DNA of 64,000 nucleotides from Nitrososphaerota archaeon (GTDB lineage: Archaea; Thermoproteota; Nitrososphaeria_A; Caldarchaeales; Calditenuaceae): positions 512,001 through 576,000 of the forward strand of contig JBEPYO010000001.1 of NCBI GenBank assembly GCA_041641295.1, read 5' to 3'. The translations under genes were made by a program, and so were the position numbers. Positions 21,087-30,723 of this stretch are shown piece after piece (positions within the stretch are counted from its first letter, which is position 1; every line of letters starts with the position of its first letter). Under the pieces are notes generated by a model. It saw only the letters and a program-made list of their open reading frames with translations. It made no database searches and was not told the origin of the DNA.

Positions 21087-22280
21087 ATGGTACAGGTTAT
21101 TGGTGGATATTCTAAGAGCGTCTACGCTGTCCTCGGCGCGGTGGGTTTCGTCGCATTAATTGATACGTCGATGATCTCTCCCGTGATAGCGTCTCATGCG
21201 AGGGCCCTCAACGCCGACGCATTCTGGGCTGGACTGATTGCAGGCTCCTACTCCATCATAGCAATACCCATGATAGTCCTCGCGGGTTATTTCTCCGACA
21301 TACTCGGCCGTAGGAGGGCCATGGTTATGGGCCTGGCCGGCGACCTTCTCGCAATGACTCTATATGCTGTCTCACCAGCCCCCAGCATCCTACTCGCTGC
21401 TAGGATTCTCCACGCGGTATTCGACTCCTTCATAGTGCCGTCAGCCCTAGCCTTGATAGGAGACCTCTTCTCTAAGAGTGTGGGACGCCCCTTAAGCTTC
21501 TTCTGGATATTTGTGGCCGTAGCCATAGTCCTAGGCTCAGGCTCGTCGGCCGGCTTGGTCTCCACTCTAGGATTCCATGCAGTCTACGCAGTGATTGGAG
21601 CACTGGTTGTAGCCAGTTTAATAGCTACTCTCAGGGGCCTGCCCTCACCACCGACCTCAAAGAATCGCGTGCGAGGTGGTGCGCGAATCGGTGGAGTTCA
21701 TGCGAGGCGTGTCGCCGTATCCATGATAGGCATGCTGAGCATGTACCTGCTGATTGGCGGGGTGGTCGGCACCCTCCCAACAATACTGATAGACAGGTTC
21801 GGGCTGGACGAGAGGGGCGCGGCCGCTCAGATAGGACTCTTCATGGCCGTCTCCACCGCCGTCTCAATCCCGATATTTCCAATATCGGCGAGGCTCGCCG
21901 AGAGAAGAACACCGCTAGTGCCTCTCATCATCGGCCTACTGGCATCAATGACAACGGCCCTCGCGCTAGAGTTTGGGGCCGGCGTAACTCTCACGCGAGT
22001 CATCTCCTCGATAATATTCGGCCTCGCGCTAGGGACAGTAATCTTCTCGTCAAGCTACCTCGTAGTAACGCTTCCCCAAGAGGTCAGGGGGCTTGGCTCG
22101 GGCCTCAACCAGTCAGCAAGCCTCCTAGGCGTTGCTCTAGGCGCTCCACTAACATCCCTCTACGTTGCGACGATTGGCTGGGAAGGCTTTTTCATCCTAT
22201 ACGGAGTAATACCTCCACTAGCGGCCGCGTTGATAGTCTTGAGTGTTTGGCGACGCGTGGCGCGGGAACTCAAGGAGTAA
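21087..22280 (+). CDS. MFS transporter
   Basis: GYFSDILGRR motif A, 12 TM helices. Confidence 0.88.
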   Translation: MVQVIGGYSKSVYAVLGAVGFVALIDTSMISPVIASHARALNADAFWAGLIAGSYSIIAIPMIVLAGYFSDILGRRRAMVMGLAGDLLAMTLYAVSPAPSILLAARILHAVFDSFIVPSALALIGDLFSKSVGRPLSFFWIFVAVAIVLGSGSSAGLVSTLGFHAVYAVIGALVVASLIATLRGLPSPPTSKNRVRGGARIGGVHARRVAVSMIGMLSMYLLIGGVVGTLPTILIDRFGLDERGAAAQIGLFMAVSTAVSIPIFPISARLAERRTPLVPLIIGLLASMTTALALEFGAGVTLTRVISSIIFGLALGTVIFSSSYLVVTLPQEVRGLGSGLNQSASLLGVALGAPLTSLYVATIGWEGFFILYGVIPPLAAALIVLSVWRRVARELKE

Positions 22281-22348
22281 CGCCTACCACTATATGATAC
22301 TAATCATTATGGAGGCCCGGCACCACCAGCCGGATAAAGTCTACGCGT

Positions 22349-23506
22349 TCAGGCCATTATCGAGTGGTACCAGCGGAGTATGTATTCCGGAAGCTTGAGA
22401 CCTCTCTCCTGCAGCCTGTCAACCAAGTATAGCGGGAGTGGGCTGGTGGCAAACGCGGCCTTTAGGTAGAAGTCGTTCGGCCGCCCAGGCGAGTATCTTG
22501 AAGGTATGTAGAGTGTTTGATCCGATAGGGAGCCTATTGTTGAGTCCTTAGCACCCACTATTGAGACGACGTATCCACCCATCTTCTTAAAAGTCCTACA
22601 CCAAGATGCGACGACCTCGGTCTCACCACTGTGCGAGATCGCGATGAGAATATCCCCAGCCCTTGGAGGCGGCACATTAGTATCCCCCGCCACGTAGACG
22701 TGGTCGCCAATCGCCCTCTTCACATGCCCAAGCCTCACGCCAGTCATCCTTGCTACCTCCTGACTACTACCAAGCCCAGCCAAGAAGCACGTATTCCTCC
22801 GCTCCAACAGTTCGACAATCCAGTGCATAAAGTCAGACTTTATCACATTCTCTACAACCTCGTTGGTCTCCACCATTAACTGGTTTATCTTCTCGGAGAT
22901 GTTGAGAGGGCCGCTGTCCTCATAGATACACTCCGCAACTGCTTGGAGGAGAACCGAGGCCCCCAGAATAAAGACGTCCTCAAGAATACCATACTGCTTA
23001 AACTCGGAGGTCGAGGAATTCTCCTCAGAGACAGTACGCCCCTTAACACGGGTGCACGACCCATACTTCTGACCAAGCTTGCCCAGAGGTGAGTCAGGAT
23101 CGCTTGTAACAACATCTATCGTATAGTCTCCCATCTTCTCGGACCTTGAGATCGCAAGCGCCAGCTTCTGCGCATCGACGAGGGGCATAAGCGACCTGCC
23201 GCTACCCGATAGTATCAAGAGGCTGACCCTGCCGAACCTCTGCTTAAGCTTGGGCGCTGCCAAGTCAAAACTCCGATCAGGAAAACCAACATCGCTCCTG
23301 TCAACGACAACCTTTCCGCGATCCATCTTCGCGAGCTCGCTGCAGATTATGCTTACGGCCCCCTTACTCCTTCCCTCACCGTGGGGTACAATTACTCCGG
23401 CCGACTTTAGGTCCCGGTATAGCTCCGCCGCCTGGTTCAGGTCTATCTCTGAGAGGTTTTGAATAACGCTGTTCATATAGCCGAGGCTACTCTTCAGTAA
23501 CACCAT
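22349..23506 (-). CDS. Tandem SIS-domain protein (duplicated 6-phospho-3-hexuloisomerase/HxlB-like)
   Basis: Repeat 1 has GEGRS and SGSGRS. Repeat 2 has GLGSS...RLGH, GDILIAISHSGET and DSTIGSLSD. Confidence 0.7.
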   Translation of the reverse strand: MVLLKSSLGYMNSVIQNLSEIDLNQAAELYRDLKSAGVIVPHGEGRSKGAVSIICSELAKMDRGKVVVDRSDVGFPDRSFDLAAPKLKQRFGRVSLLILSGSGRSLMPLVDAQKLALAISRSEKMGDYTIDVVTSDPDSPLGKLGQKYGSCTRVKGRTVSEENSSTSEFKQYGILEDVFILGASVLLQAVAECIYEDSGPLNISEKINQLMVETNEVVENVIKSDFMHWIVELLERRNTCFLAGLGSSQEVARMTGVRLGHVKRAIGDHVYVAGDTNVPPPRAGDILIAISHSGETEVVASWCRTFKKMGGYVVSIVGAKDSTIGSLSDQTLYIPSRYSPGRPNDFYLKAAFATSPLPLYLVDRLQERGLKLPEYILRWYHSIMA

Positions 23507-23551
23507 TCAAAGCGGAGAAGAGACTCGTGGAATAAAAATTTAATTCCCGAG

Positions 23552-24229
23552 CTAAGATTTGGTCCTACGGCGAATCAATGCGTGGGCGAGCCTCTTCTCA
23601 ACCCTAAAGTCCAGAACCTCGTTTCCCGTGATCCTGCTCCACTTCTCCAAGTCTCTCTCGGCTCCTTCATTATAGTCGGCCACTATGTGGATGATGCTCC
23701 CCTCCGGGAGCCCTTCAAGCCTGTCGGAGAGCACCATAAGGAGCTGGCTGCAGTCAATCCCAATCGCGGCGTGCACGTAGTCTGGAACTTCTCTGAAACA
23801 GACTATGCCCTTCTCGCTGATCATCCTCTCCACCTCTCCCCTTACCTCACTCCACCCCTTCAACCTCGTCAGGCAGTCATCCTTCAAGGCGGATACCTCG
23901 CAGAGCCAAGCAGCATCACAGAAGCCCCTCTGCAAAATCCATGGCCGTTCAACGGCCTCAGCATTGACCCGTTCTACCCTTAGGTCGAAGGGGGCCCTAA
24001 TATTCCCTAAGAATCTCCGGGATTCGATAAGGCATAGAGCCCTGTCCGCCGCAACCTCTTCACCGGGCTTCTTAACTCTTACAGAGGTTATCTTTCCCCA
24101 AAGGGTCTGAGTAATTGGAAGTATTCCGACTTGGAATACTCTGTCACGAATAGGGGTGAGCCACAGCATCTCTTCGAGAAAGTAGAGGTTGTTTCTGGAG
24201 AATCCGCAGCCGTGGATCTCCTCTATCAC
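23552..24229 (-). CDS. GcvH/LbpA-like domain (lipoyl-Lys absent) fused to a TusA/SirA-like domain
   Basis: H-protein pattern W...VG...Q...GKITSV...G..V...IESRR...RAPF...VN...P...W, then a TusA-like region IGIDCSQ...LPEGSIIHIVAD...AERDLEKWSRITGNEVL...IRR. Confidence 0.75.
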   Translation of the reverse strand: MIEEIHGCGFSRNNLYFLEEMLWLTPIRDRVFQVGILPITQTLWGKITSVRVKKPGEEVAADRALCLIESRRFLGNIRAPFDLRVERVNAEAVERPWILQRGFCDAAWLCEVSALKDDCLTRLKGWSEVRGEVERMISEKGIVCFREVPDYVHAAIGIDCSQLLMVLSDRLEGLPEGSIIHIVADYNEGAERDLEKWSRITGNEVLDFRVEKRLAHALIRRRTKS

Positions 24230-24254
24230 GATCTGAGATACCTGCTTCTTTGAC

Positions 24255-25100
24255 TTATTTTTCTATTGGTGTGCCAACTACGTTACCCCACTCGCTCCAG
24301 CTTCCATCATAGTTTCTGACTTTGGGGTATTTGAGCAGCTCCTTCAGAACGAACCAAGTTACGGATGACCGCTCACCTATTCTACAGTAGGTTATCACCT
24401 CTTTGTCGGGAGTCACGCCCAAGCCCTGGTAGAGCTTTCTCAACTCCTCGACTGGCTTGAATGTGCCGTCCTCGTTAAGGGCCTTAGCCCACGGTATATT
24501 CACCGCGCCAGGTATGTGGCCTCCCCTTTGCGCGTGCTCTGTAGGATACTCGGGAGGCGCTAAGATTTTGCCAGTGTACTCGTCAGGAGACCTCACATCA
24601 ACTAGGGCCACTGTGGGGCTTCCAAGCCTTGCGCGGACATCAGGTAGTAGAACCCTATACTCATACCGTACCTTGGTAACCTTGTAGGTGGTCGGGGCTG
24701 GGTTTGGTACCTCCTTCACCAGCTCCCTCTCCTCGGCTATCCACTTCTTCCTCCCGCCATCCATTATGCTCAGCTTCTCGTGGCCGTAAAGCCTAGCAAC
24801 CCAGAATGCGAAGGCAGCGAACCAGTTATTGAAATCTCCGTATAGGACTATGTGCGTGTCGTTCGAGATTCCACTCCGCGAGCAGAGAAGCTCGAACCCC
24901 TCCTTGCTTATGATGTTCCGCTCTATGGGGTCGTTGATGTCCTTCTTCCAGTCCCACAGGACTGCACCTCGGATATGCCCCTGGTAATAGGCTGTCTGAG
25001 GGTCGTAGTCGACTTCTACAATCCTGACGTCGGGCCTATCTAGGTTCTTCGCAACCCACTCAGTGGAGACGAGAACCGGTGATTCCTGCCTTTCGCTCAT
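24255..25100 (-). CDS. Tandem-domain rhodanese / thiosulfate sulfurtransferase (CysA/SseA/TtuD-like)
   Basis: LVSTEW, GHIRGA, DVRSPDEYTG, GHIPGA, active-site CRIGERS, YDGSWSEWGN. Confidence 0.95.
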   Translation of the reverse strand: MSERQESPVLVSTEWVAKNLDRPDVRIVEVDYDPQTAYYQGHIRGAVLWDWKKDINDPIERNIISKEGFELLCSRSGISNDTHIVLYGDFNNWFAAFAFWVARLYGHEKLSIMDGGRKKWIAEERELVKEVPNPAPTTYKVTKVRYEYRVLLPDVRARLGSPTVALVDVRSPDEYTGKILAPPEYPTEHAQRGGHIPGAVNIPWAKALNEDGTFKPVEELRKLYQGLGVTPDKEVITYCRIGERSSVTWFVLKELLKYPKVRNYDGSWSEWGNVVGTPIEK

Positions 25101-25242
25101 GGGCTATCGTATTAGGTCTGTATTATAGAAATATTTAAACCACATATATCTACACGAATATGGTTTAACAATAACCCTGCATACACATGGTGGAGCCGGT
25201 TGATGCATTTAATAGCCCGTCGATCAGCATTAAAGACAGGGC

Positions 25243-26001
25243 TTGAGGGAGACAAGGCTTAATAAGCTTATCCAAATACCGTCGGACGACGTAGAGTATA
25301 CAATCGTTGATGCAGGCGGCGGGCCTGGAGTCGTTGCACTAATTGTCTCAAGCATTTTGCAGGAGAGTTTAGAGACTGTTAAGGCTGCGGAGATCCTCTC
25401 ACCTCACTTCCCCCAAGTAACCTTGATAAACAACGAGGGGGTCGCCGCCCCACCCAAGATCGAGATCTACCTAGCGAGACCACCCACAAACCAGAGGCAG
25501 GCATTACTTATTGTGACGAGGAACTTCATAGTTGAGACAACCGAGGTTGGTGAAGAGATTTCTGAGATTCTGCTCAACTATCTCCCATCATCAAGGGTCA
25601 GCGCCCTTGTAGTCCTAACAAGCGGGCGGGTTAATGCTTCAGGCGAGGTCTACGCATCATCCACGGATATGGAGAGGGTTAGACGGCTGATCCGCCTAGG
25701 GGCAAAAGCTGCAACGAACATAGACACGCTGCCCGTGGATAGGCTCACATCCTCGCTGATGCTACGATTCCACCTGCACCGCATCCCCATGGACCTCCTA
25801 ATATCAGACACCTTGGGCCTCGCACCAGACCTAGCGTCTGCGAAGAAGGTACTGTCGATACTATCCGGATATCTAGGGATACCAGTCGATACGTCTAAGT
25901 TAGACGCCGAGATTGAGAAGCAACAGCAACTCCTAAGAGAGGCCAGCAGGTTCTTCGAAGAGATGGAGCGGAGGGGAGGGGCCCCCTCCTATATCGGCTA
26001 G
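25243..26001 (+). CDS. PAC2-family proteasome assembly chaperone-like protein
   Basis: GGPGVVA, AEILSPHFP, PDLASAKKVL...LGIPVDTSKL, C-terminal YIG. Confidence 0.75.
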   Translation: MRETRLNKLIQIPSDDVEYTIVDAGGGPGVVALIVSSILQESLETVKAAEILSPHFPQVTLINNEGVAAPPKIEIYLARPPTNQRQALLIVTRNFIVETTEVGEEISEILLNYLPSSRVSALVVLTSGRVNASGEVYASSTDMERVRRLIRLGAKAATNIDTLPVDRLTSSLMLRFHLHRIPMDLLISDTLGLAPDLASAKKVLSILSGYLGIPVDTSKLDAEIEKQQQLLREASRFFEEMERRGGAPSYIG

Positions 26002-28142
26002 GCAGTAATCTCGTAGATGTATACATAAGCTAAGCTAGAGTAGGGCGCCGATGATGAGAATACCAGCCTATAACCCTCCACTTTAGGCTCCTCGTAATAG
26101 TATGCGGTGATGATATTTCCGAACTGGTCTGTAGTCTGCCTGGGCTTGAACGGTATCAGCCTACCGAGCGTGGTATCCGTCCAGAACTTGTCTGTAGGAT
26201 TCGTAGGATCCCGGTTGGGGCCGAGGAGCGACTCCTCATCTATTGGCGTCAGTCCGAGCTCGCGTGCATGTTGATTGGCTATCCTCAGCATCCAGAACCA
26301 TTTAGACTCGTCCCCATAGTAGAGGAGCCTAGGATAGTCTCCAGCCCCCGTCTGTGGCCTGTGAGTGATGAATATGAGGACATGCGTCGCGCCCAACTCT
26401 TTGAAGATCCTTAGACTAACGTTGGTCGGCGACATGAATGCATACCCTACTTTGGCTATTTTTAGGCTGTCTATTGTCGTGTTATCTACCAGCGAGGTCT
26501 TGTTAGCCACTATCGATATCCAGTTGCCATAGTCCCACCATGCCGCTACGACTGCGTTGTCTGGAAGGTTGTTCCTCATCCACTCAACAGCACGCACCCA
26601 GTCATTCAACACATAGTTCCGGCCTGTCGGAAGCGATGCAGAGGCTATCGTACTGGGTGTATAAGCGGCGTCGAGAGACGAGAATGCCCAAGTGTTCCCC
26701 ATGGCCTGGGGGAGATAGTGTGTCGATATCAAAGCCATGACAATCAGCGGGACGGCGATCAAAAACCTCCTCTCACTCGTCTTCCTCAGCCGAGGTCCAC
26801 GGGGTGGGGCGAGATTTCGCGAGGCGAGTGCAAGCATCTCGGTTAGGACAAAGCCGGCCAAGATTGCTACGATGGGCGAGGTGGGTAGGGCCAGCCTAAC
26901 GAGCGAGGATGCAAAGTACAGAGAGAGGACAGCGTAAAGTGTGAAGAACAGGTCTCCGTCTCCGGCCCTCCTGATCAGGAGGTAGATCCCAAAAGGCACT
27001 AGCATTAACGTTGGTCCAAAATCTGTGAAGAGTGTAGACCAAGTAGCGGCCTGGTTCTCGGCCACCGAGGCTATTATCACGAGCTCGCTCCTCAGCTGTG
27101 GGAACACGACTGAGAGGAACTTCAGCCCTGGAAGATTGGCAACAGCTGCGACAACCAAGCCAGCTACAAGCAGTATGAGGCCTAAAGCAACCCCCCTCAG
27201 GGCTATTACCGCTCTCTGAGATCCCAGATATCTGTAAAGCACCTCAGCCAACACAACATATGCCAGTGACAGATATCCTGAAAGAAGCGTGATCTCGAAA
27301 AGGTACGAGAAGCCCAGCTTAGGGACACTTGTCAGTATTATTGATGTTGCGGCTAGCAGTGGTATGAAGCTGGCTAATAGCTGCCTCCTATACCGCCCCA
27401 TGAATACGAGCAGCGCAGTGAAGAGGAAGACCATCATGACTGGAAGCCTGTGTGCACCCCACGTAGCGCCTGTGTAGCCAAGTAGAAGCCCCGTAAGCAA
27501 TCCCAAGACGATGGATCCCTTCATAGACCTCTTCTCGTTTATCGATGCGAGATATGTCAGGAAGGCTGCATGCATGAGCGGGATAGCAAGAGCCTCGTCA
27601 TCAAGCCACCCCAGATGCGTCCTAGATATGTGTGCATAACTTATGGATAGGAGTAGGGCCGAGGCTATGGCCGGCCCTGTACCTAAAACGTATCTAGCGA
27701 GTAAGAATGCGACTACCACCGCTATAACTCCATATACTACCGGGAGGGTGGATGCGAGTTCGATTAAATTCACATTAACTCCGATGGAGGAGAGGGCAAG
27801 ATAGATGAAAGCTAGTGTGAATGAGACTCCGGGATAGAAGGTCTTGCCAACTTGGAGTCCGGTCGGGTACCAGCTCTTATTGTCGACGAGGCCTGCGAAT
27901 TCAAAAAAACCAGCCCAACCCCTCTCAATGATCATGGTGGCTGTCTTGAAGTGCCACCAGGGGTCGAACTCACTTAAAATGAAACCCCACCTAGCAGGCA
28001 GTGACCTAGACATGAAGGTGACTGCAAGCGCTATCAATAGCACCGCCAGAGGCGCGTAGAACTCTTTGCCACCGATCCTCCTGTCCAAGCCTGTGAAGAC
28101 GCCCGACGCCCTTCCGAGGAAAGCCCTCACCGAGCCGGCCAT
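25998..28142 (-). CDS. aglB: Oligosaccharyltransferase catalytic subunit AglB (STT3-like)
   Basis: EFDPWWH, GWLDDE, SVAENQ, WWDYG, NKTSLVDNTT, GDESKWFWMLRIA; about 13 TM helices. Confidence 0.95.
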   Translation of the reverse strand: MAGSVRAFLGRASGVFTGLDRRIGGKEFYAPLAVLLIALAVTFMSRSLPARWGFILSEFDPWWHFKTATMIIERGWAGFFEFAGLVDNKSWYPTGLQVGKTFYPGVSFTLAFIYLALSSIGVNVNLIELASTLPVVYGVIAVVVAFLLARYVLGTGPAIASALLLSISYAHISRTHLGWLDDEALAIPLMHAAFLTYLASINEKRSMKGSIVLGLLTGLLLGYTGATWGAHRLPVMMVFLFTALLVFMGRYRRQLLASFIPLLAATSIILTSVPKLGFSYLFEITLLSGYLSLAYVVLAEVLYRYLGSQRAVIALRGVALGLILLVAGLVVAAVANLPGLKFLSVVFPQLRSELVIIASVAENQAATWSTLFTDFGPTLMLVPFGIYLLIRRAGDGDLFFTLYAVLSLYFASSLVRLALPTSPIVAILAGFVLTEMLALASRNLAPPRGPRLRKTSERRFLIAVPLIVMALISTHYLPQAMGNTWAFSSLDAAYTPSTIASASLPTGRNYVLNDWVRAVEWMRNNLPDNAVVAAWWDYGNWISIVANKTSLVDNTTIDSLKIAKVGYAFMSPTNVSLRIFKELGATHVLIFITHRPQTGAGDYPRLLYYGDESKWFWMLRIANQHARELGLTPIDEESLLGPNRDPTNPTDKFWTDTTLGRLIPFKPRQTTDQFGNIITAYYYEEPKVEGYRLVFSSSAPYSSLAYVYIYEITA

Positions 28143-28234
28143 TCTCTTAAACCATTAGAGCAGCACCATATAAAGAGATAATCATGCAAACACCCTTCAC
28201 GCGGTAAACTTCTGTTAGTGGGCTAGGAGTTAGG

Positions 28235-29005
28235 TCAAGTATCTTTAGGAGTAGAGAGGGGGTACTTGACCCCTTTAATCTCGACAAGCTCACGAAGTGG
28301 TGGGATGGAGTTGAAAAGCTCTTGTGAAAGTATTCGCCAGTCTATTCCGAGCGGCTTACCTAAGGCCCTCTCAACCCTAATCGTCCTCGTAGGCGTCACG
28401 ATGTAGTCGACGATGGTGTCATGGTGCGAGTAGGGAAAGTCTGTCTCTACAACTTGGCAGTCATGTGCCACTGCGATTATTGGCGTCTCGTCATTAACCA
28501 TTCCCAACTCCCTGAAAATTGCCCACTCTATGTCGAAAAATCCAGTACCCTTGCCATACCTAACTCCTTTAGTATTTACGACTGAGACACCCGTCACAAG
28601 CAAGTCTAGGTGTCCCAACTTCATCATCTGTCTAAGGGTTAGTGGTTTTGCGAAGCGTTCGACTCCGTCGAGCGTTGCGGCCAGTGCTTCCATTCCCCGC
28701 GGAACACGTCTCGGATCTACGTAAAAGAAGTCTCTCTTAATCGCGTATGGGGTCATTAGGAATCTCTTCTTATCTCTTATGCATGCCTCTCTTAACCGCT
28801 CGAGACAGTTATCAGGAGTGATGAATAATAGTTTCGCCGTCTTATAGATTGGTAGACGTCTTATCCTTTCCACACACTTTTCACTCCCCTTGAAGTCTGG
28901 AATAAACTTTGAGAAGTCCCAGTGAAAGCGTGAGTCGGGGCGCGCATATTGTTTAAGCCTCTCCCATACATCGAGCCTGTATCCAGTCTTCACTCCGGTA
29001 TCCAT
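28235..29005 (-). CDS. 5-formyltetrahydrofolate cyclo-ligase-like protein (MTHFSD/COG0212-type)
   Basis: IPDFKGSE, FITPDN, DLLVTG, GVRYGKGTGFFDIEW, HDTIVDYIVTPTR. Confidence 0.85.
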   Translation of the reverse strand: MDTGVKTGYRLDVWERLKQYARPDSRFHWDFSKFIPDFKGSEKCVERIRRLPIYKTAKLLFITPDNCLERLREACIRDKKRFLMTPYAIKRDFFYVDPRRVPRGMEALAATLDGVERFAKPLTLRQMMKLGHLDLLVTGVSVVNTKGVRYGKGTGFFDIEWAIFRELGMVNDETPIIAVAHDCQVVETDFPYSHHDTIVDYIVTPTRTIRVERALGKPLGIDWRILSQELFNSIPPLRELVEIKGVKYPLSTPKDT

Positions 29006-29008
29006 GGT

Positions 29009-30709
29009 TCATTCACCGAGCCGAATCATTGACGCTGCCTCATAAACCGTGAGAGGGCTGAATTGCTCGCCGACCAGTACGTGTCCCAGTTGAGTTATCT
29101 GCGGGGGAGTTATCAGGGCTTCCTTAAGCCTCGCAGGCTGGGAAAAAACCCACCTAGGCTCGCCGTCCAAGATGATGTTTCCCGCCTTCATCACTACCAC
29201 GCGTTCTGCGTATTCGGAGACTAGGCGCATATTGTGCGTCACTATTATAACAGTTCTTCCCTCGCCGTGAAGTGACTTAAGTAGGTTCATTATGCTTAGT
29301 GATTGGGCCATGTCTTGTCCTGTCGTCGGCTCATCCACGATAACAACTTCAGGGTCCATCACAAGTACTGAGGCTATCGCTAGCCTCTGTCGCTGACCCT
29401 TGCTGAGGAGGAATGTCTCTACACTCTCCAGCCCACCGAGCCCGACTTTCTCGAGAATATCTCCAACCCTCTTTTTTATCTCTGATTCTCCTAGGCCTAG
29501 CATTCTTAGCCCATATGCACACTCCTCATATACTGTCTGGCAGAATAGCTGGTGGTCAGGGTTCTGGTAGATATAGCCAATCCTTGTAGCAATCTCTTTA
29601 ATACTCATCTCCGTTGTTTTCTTACCGAAGACTCTTACCTCCCCCCTCGTCGGCTTCAACAACCCCACGATGTGTTTGACGAGCGTGGTCTTTCCTGAGC
29701 CGTTCTGACCAATGATTGCTACAAACTCTCCCCTGTAGAAATCTATGTTTATCGAGTTGAGCGCAAGTGTCCCGTCAGGATAAACGAACGAGGCATTATT
29801 GAAAGAAATTACCGGGTCACCGGCATTCCGTACATAATGCTCTCCATCGAATACCTTCACAGCCCTAGCTCCCATCTCTCTAAGCCAATCAACCGCCTCC
29901 TCCAACGTTATAGGTAGTTCACTGTTTACTCCGTTACTTCTTGAGAGCAGGTGTGCCAACTCGGTTACTTGGGGAGGATATATTCCCATTGACTTTATTT
30001 TTTCGACATCTCCAAGAACCTTCCGAGGAGACCCATCAACAGTTATTTTGCCCTCCCTCAACAGGACTATTCGATCGGCATATTTCGCAGCCTCTTCCAT
30101 GTTGTGTTCGACCAGTATTATTGTTCGGCCAGACTTTTTCAGCTCGGCCAGCATCGAGAATATCTCCGCCTTGCCAACCGGGTCGAGGTCTGAGGTCGGC
30201 TCGTCTAACACTAGTATCTCAGGCTCGAGGGCAAGTATAGAGGCTATAGCAACCCTCTGCTTCTGGCCTCCAGACAACTCATGTGGATACTTGTCTCTGA
30301 GATCGAGTATCTTCGTTGACTCCATCGCTTTTCTAACCCTCTTGATCATCTCCTCTCGGGGTACGCCATGATTCTCCAGCGGAAAGGCTACTTCATCTTC
30401 CACCGACATGGTTACGAATTGCGTGTCTGGATCCTGAAAAACGATTCCGACAATCTTGGTTATCTCGCTCAGCCTCATCTTCCTAGTATCCCGCCCATTG
30501 ATTATCACCTCTCCCCTGTAGTAACCGCGTAGGAAGTGTGGAATTAATCCACACAATGCTAGGCAGAGCGTTGACTTACCAGCCCCGCTTGGGCCGACTA
30601 TTACTAGAAACTCACCCTCTCTTACTGTCAGATCCACCCCCTTTAGTGTCCAGTCCTGGCCCAGCCCATACCTCCACCACAGATCCCTTATCCTTACAGC
30701 CTCGCCCAT
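29009..30709 (-). CDS. ECF transporter fused double ATPase (EcfA-A')
   Basis: Two ABC cassettes: GPSGAGKS/FQDPD/LSGGQ and GQNGSGKT/YQNPD/LSKGQ. Confidence 0.93.
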   Translation of the reverse strand: MGEAVRIRDLWWRYGLGQDWTLKGVDLTVREGEFLVIVGPSGAGKSTLCLALCGLIPHFLRGYYRGEVIINGRDTRKMRLSEITKIVGIVFQDPDTQFVTMSVEDEVAFPLENHGVPREEMIKRVRKAMESTKILDLRDKYPHELSGGQKQRVAIASILALEPEILVLDEPTSDLDPVGKAEIFSMLAELKKSGRTIILVEHNMEEAAKYADRIVLLREGKITVDGSPRKVLGDVEKIKSMGIYPPQVTELAHLLSRSNGVNSELPITLEEAVDWLREMGARAVKVFDGEHYVRNAGDPVISFNNASFVYPDGTLALNSINIDFYRGEFVAIIGQNGSGKTTLVKHIVGLLKPTRGEVRVFGKKTTEMSIKEIATRIGYIYQNPDHQLFCQTVYEECAYGLRMLGLGESEIKKRVGDILEKVGLGGLESVETFLLSKGQRQRLAIASVLVMDPEVVIVDEPTTGQDMAQSLSIMNLLKSLHGEGRTVIIVTHNMRLVSEYAERVVVMKAGNIILDGEPRWVFSQPARLKEALITPPQITQLGHVLVGEQFSPLTVYEAASMIRLGE

Positions 30710-30723
30710 GTCTCAATCACCCT

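Noticed and set aside
23552-24229. Calling the gene glycine cleavage H protein (gcvH)
   Set aside because: It has no lipoyl-Lys, carries an extra TusA domain, and has no gcvP/gcvT neighbours.
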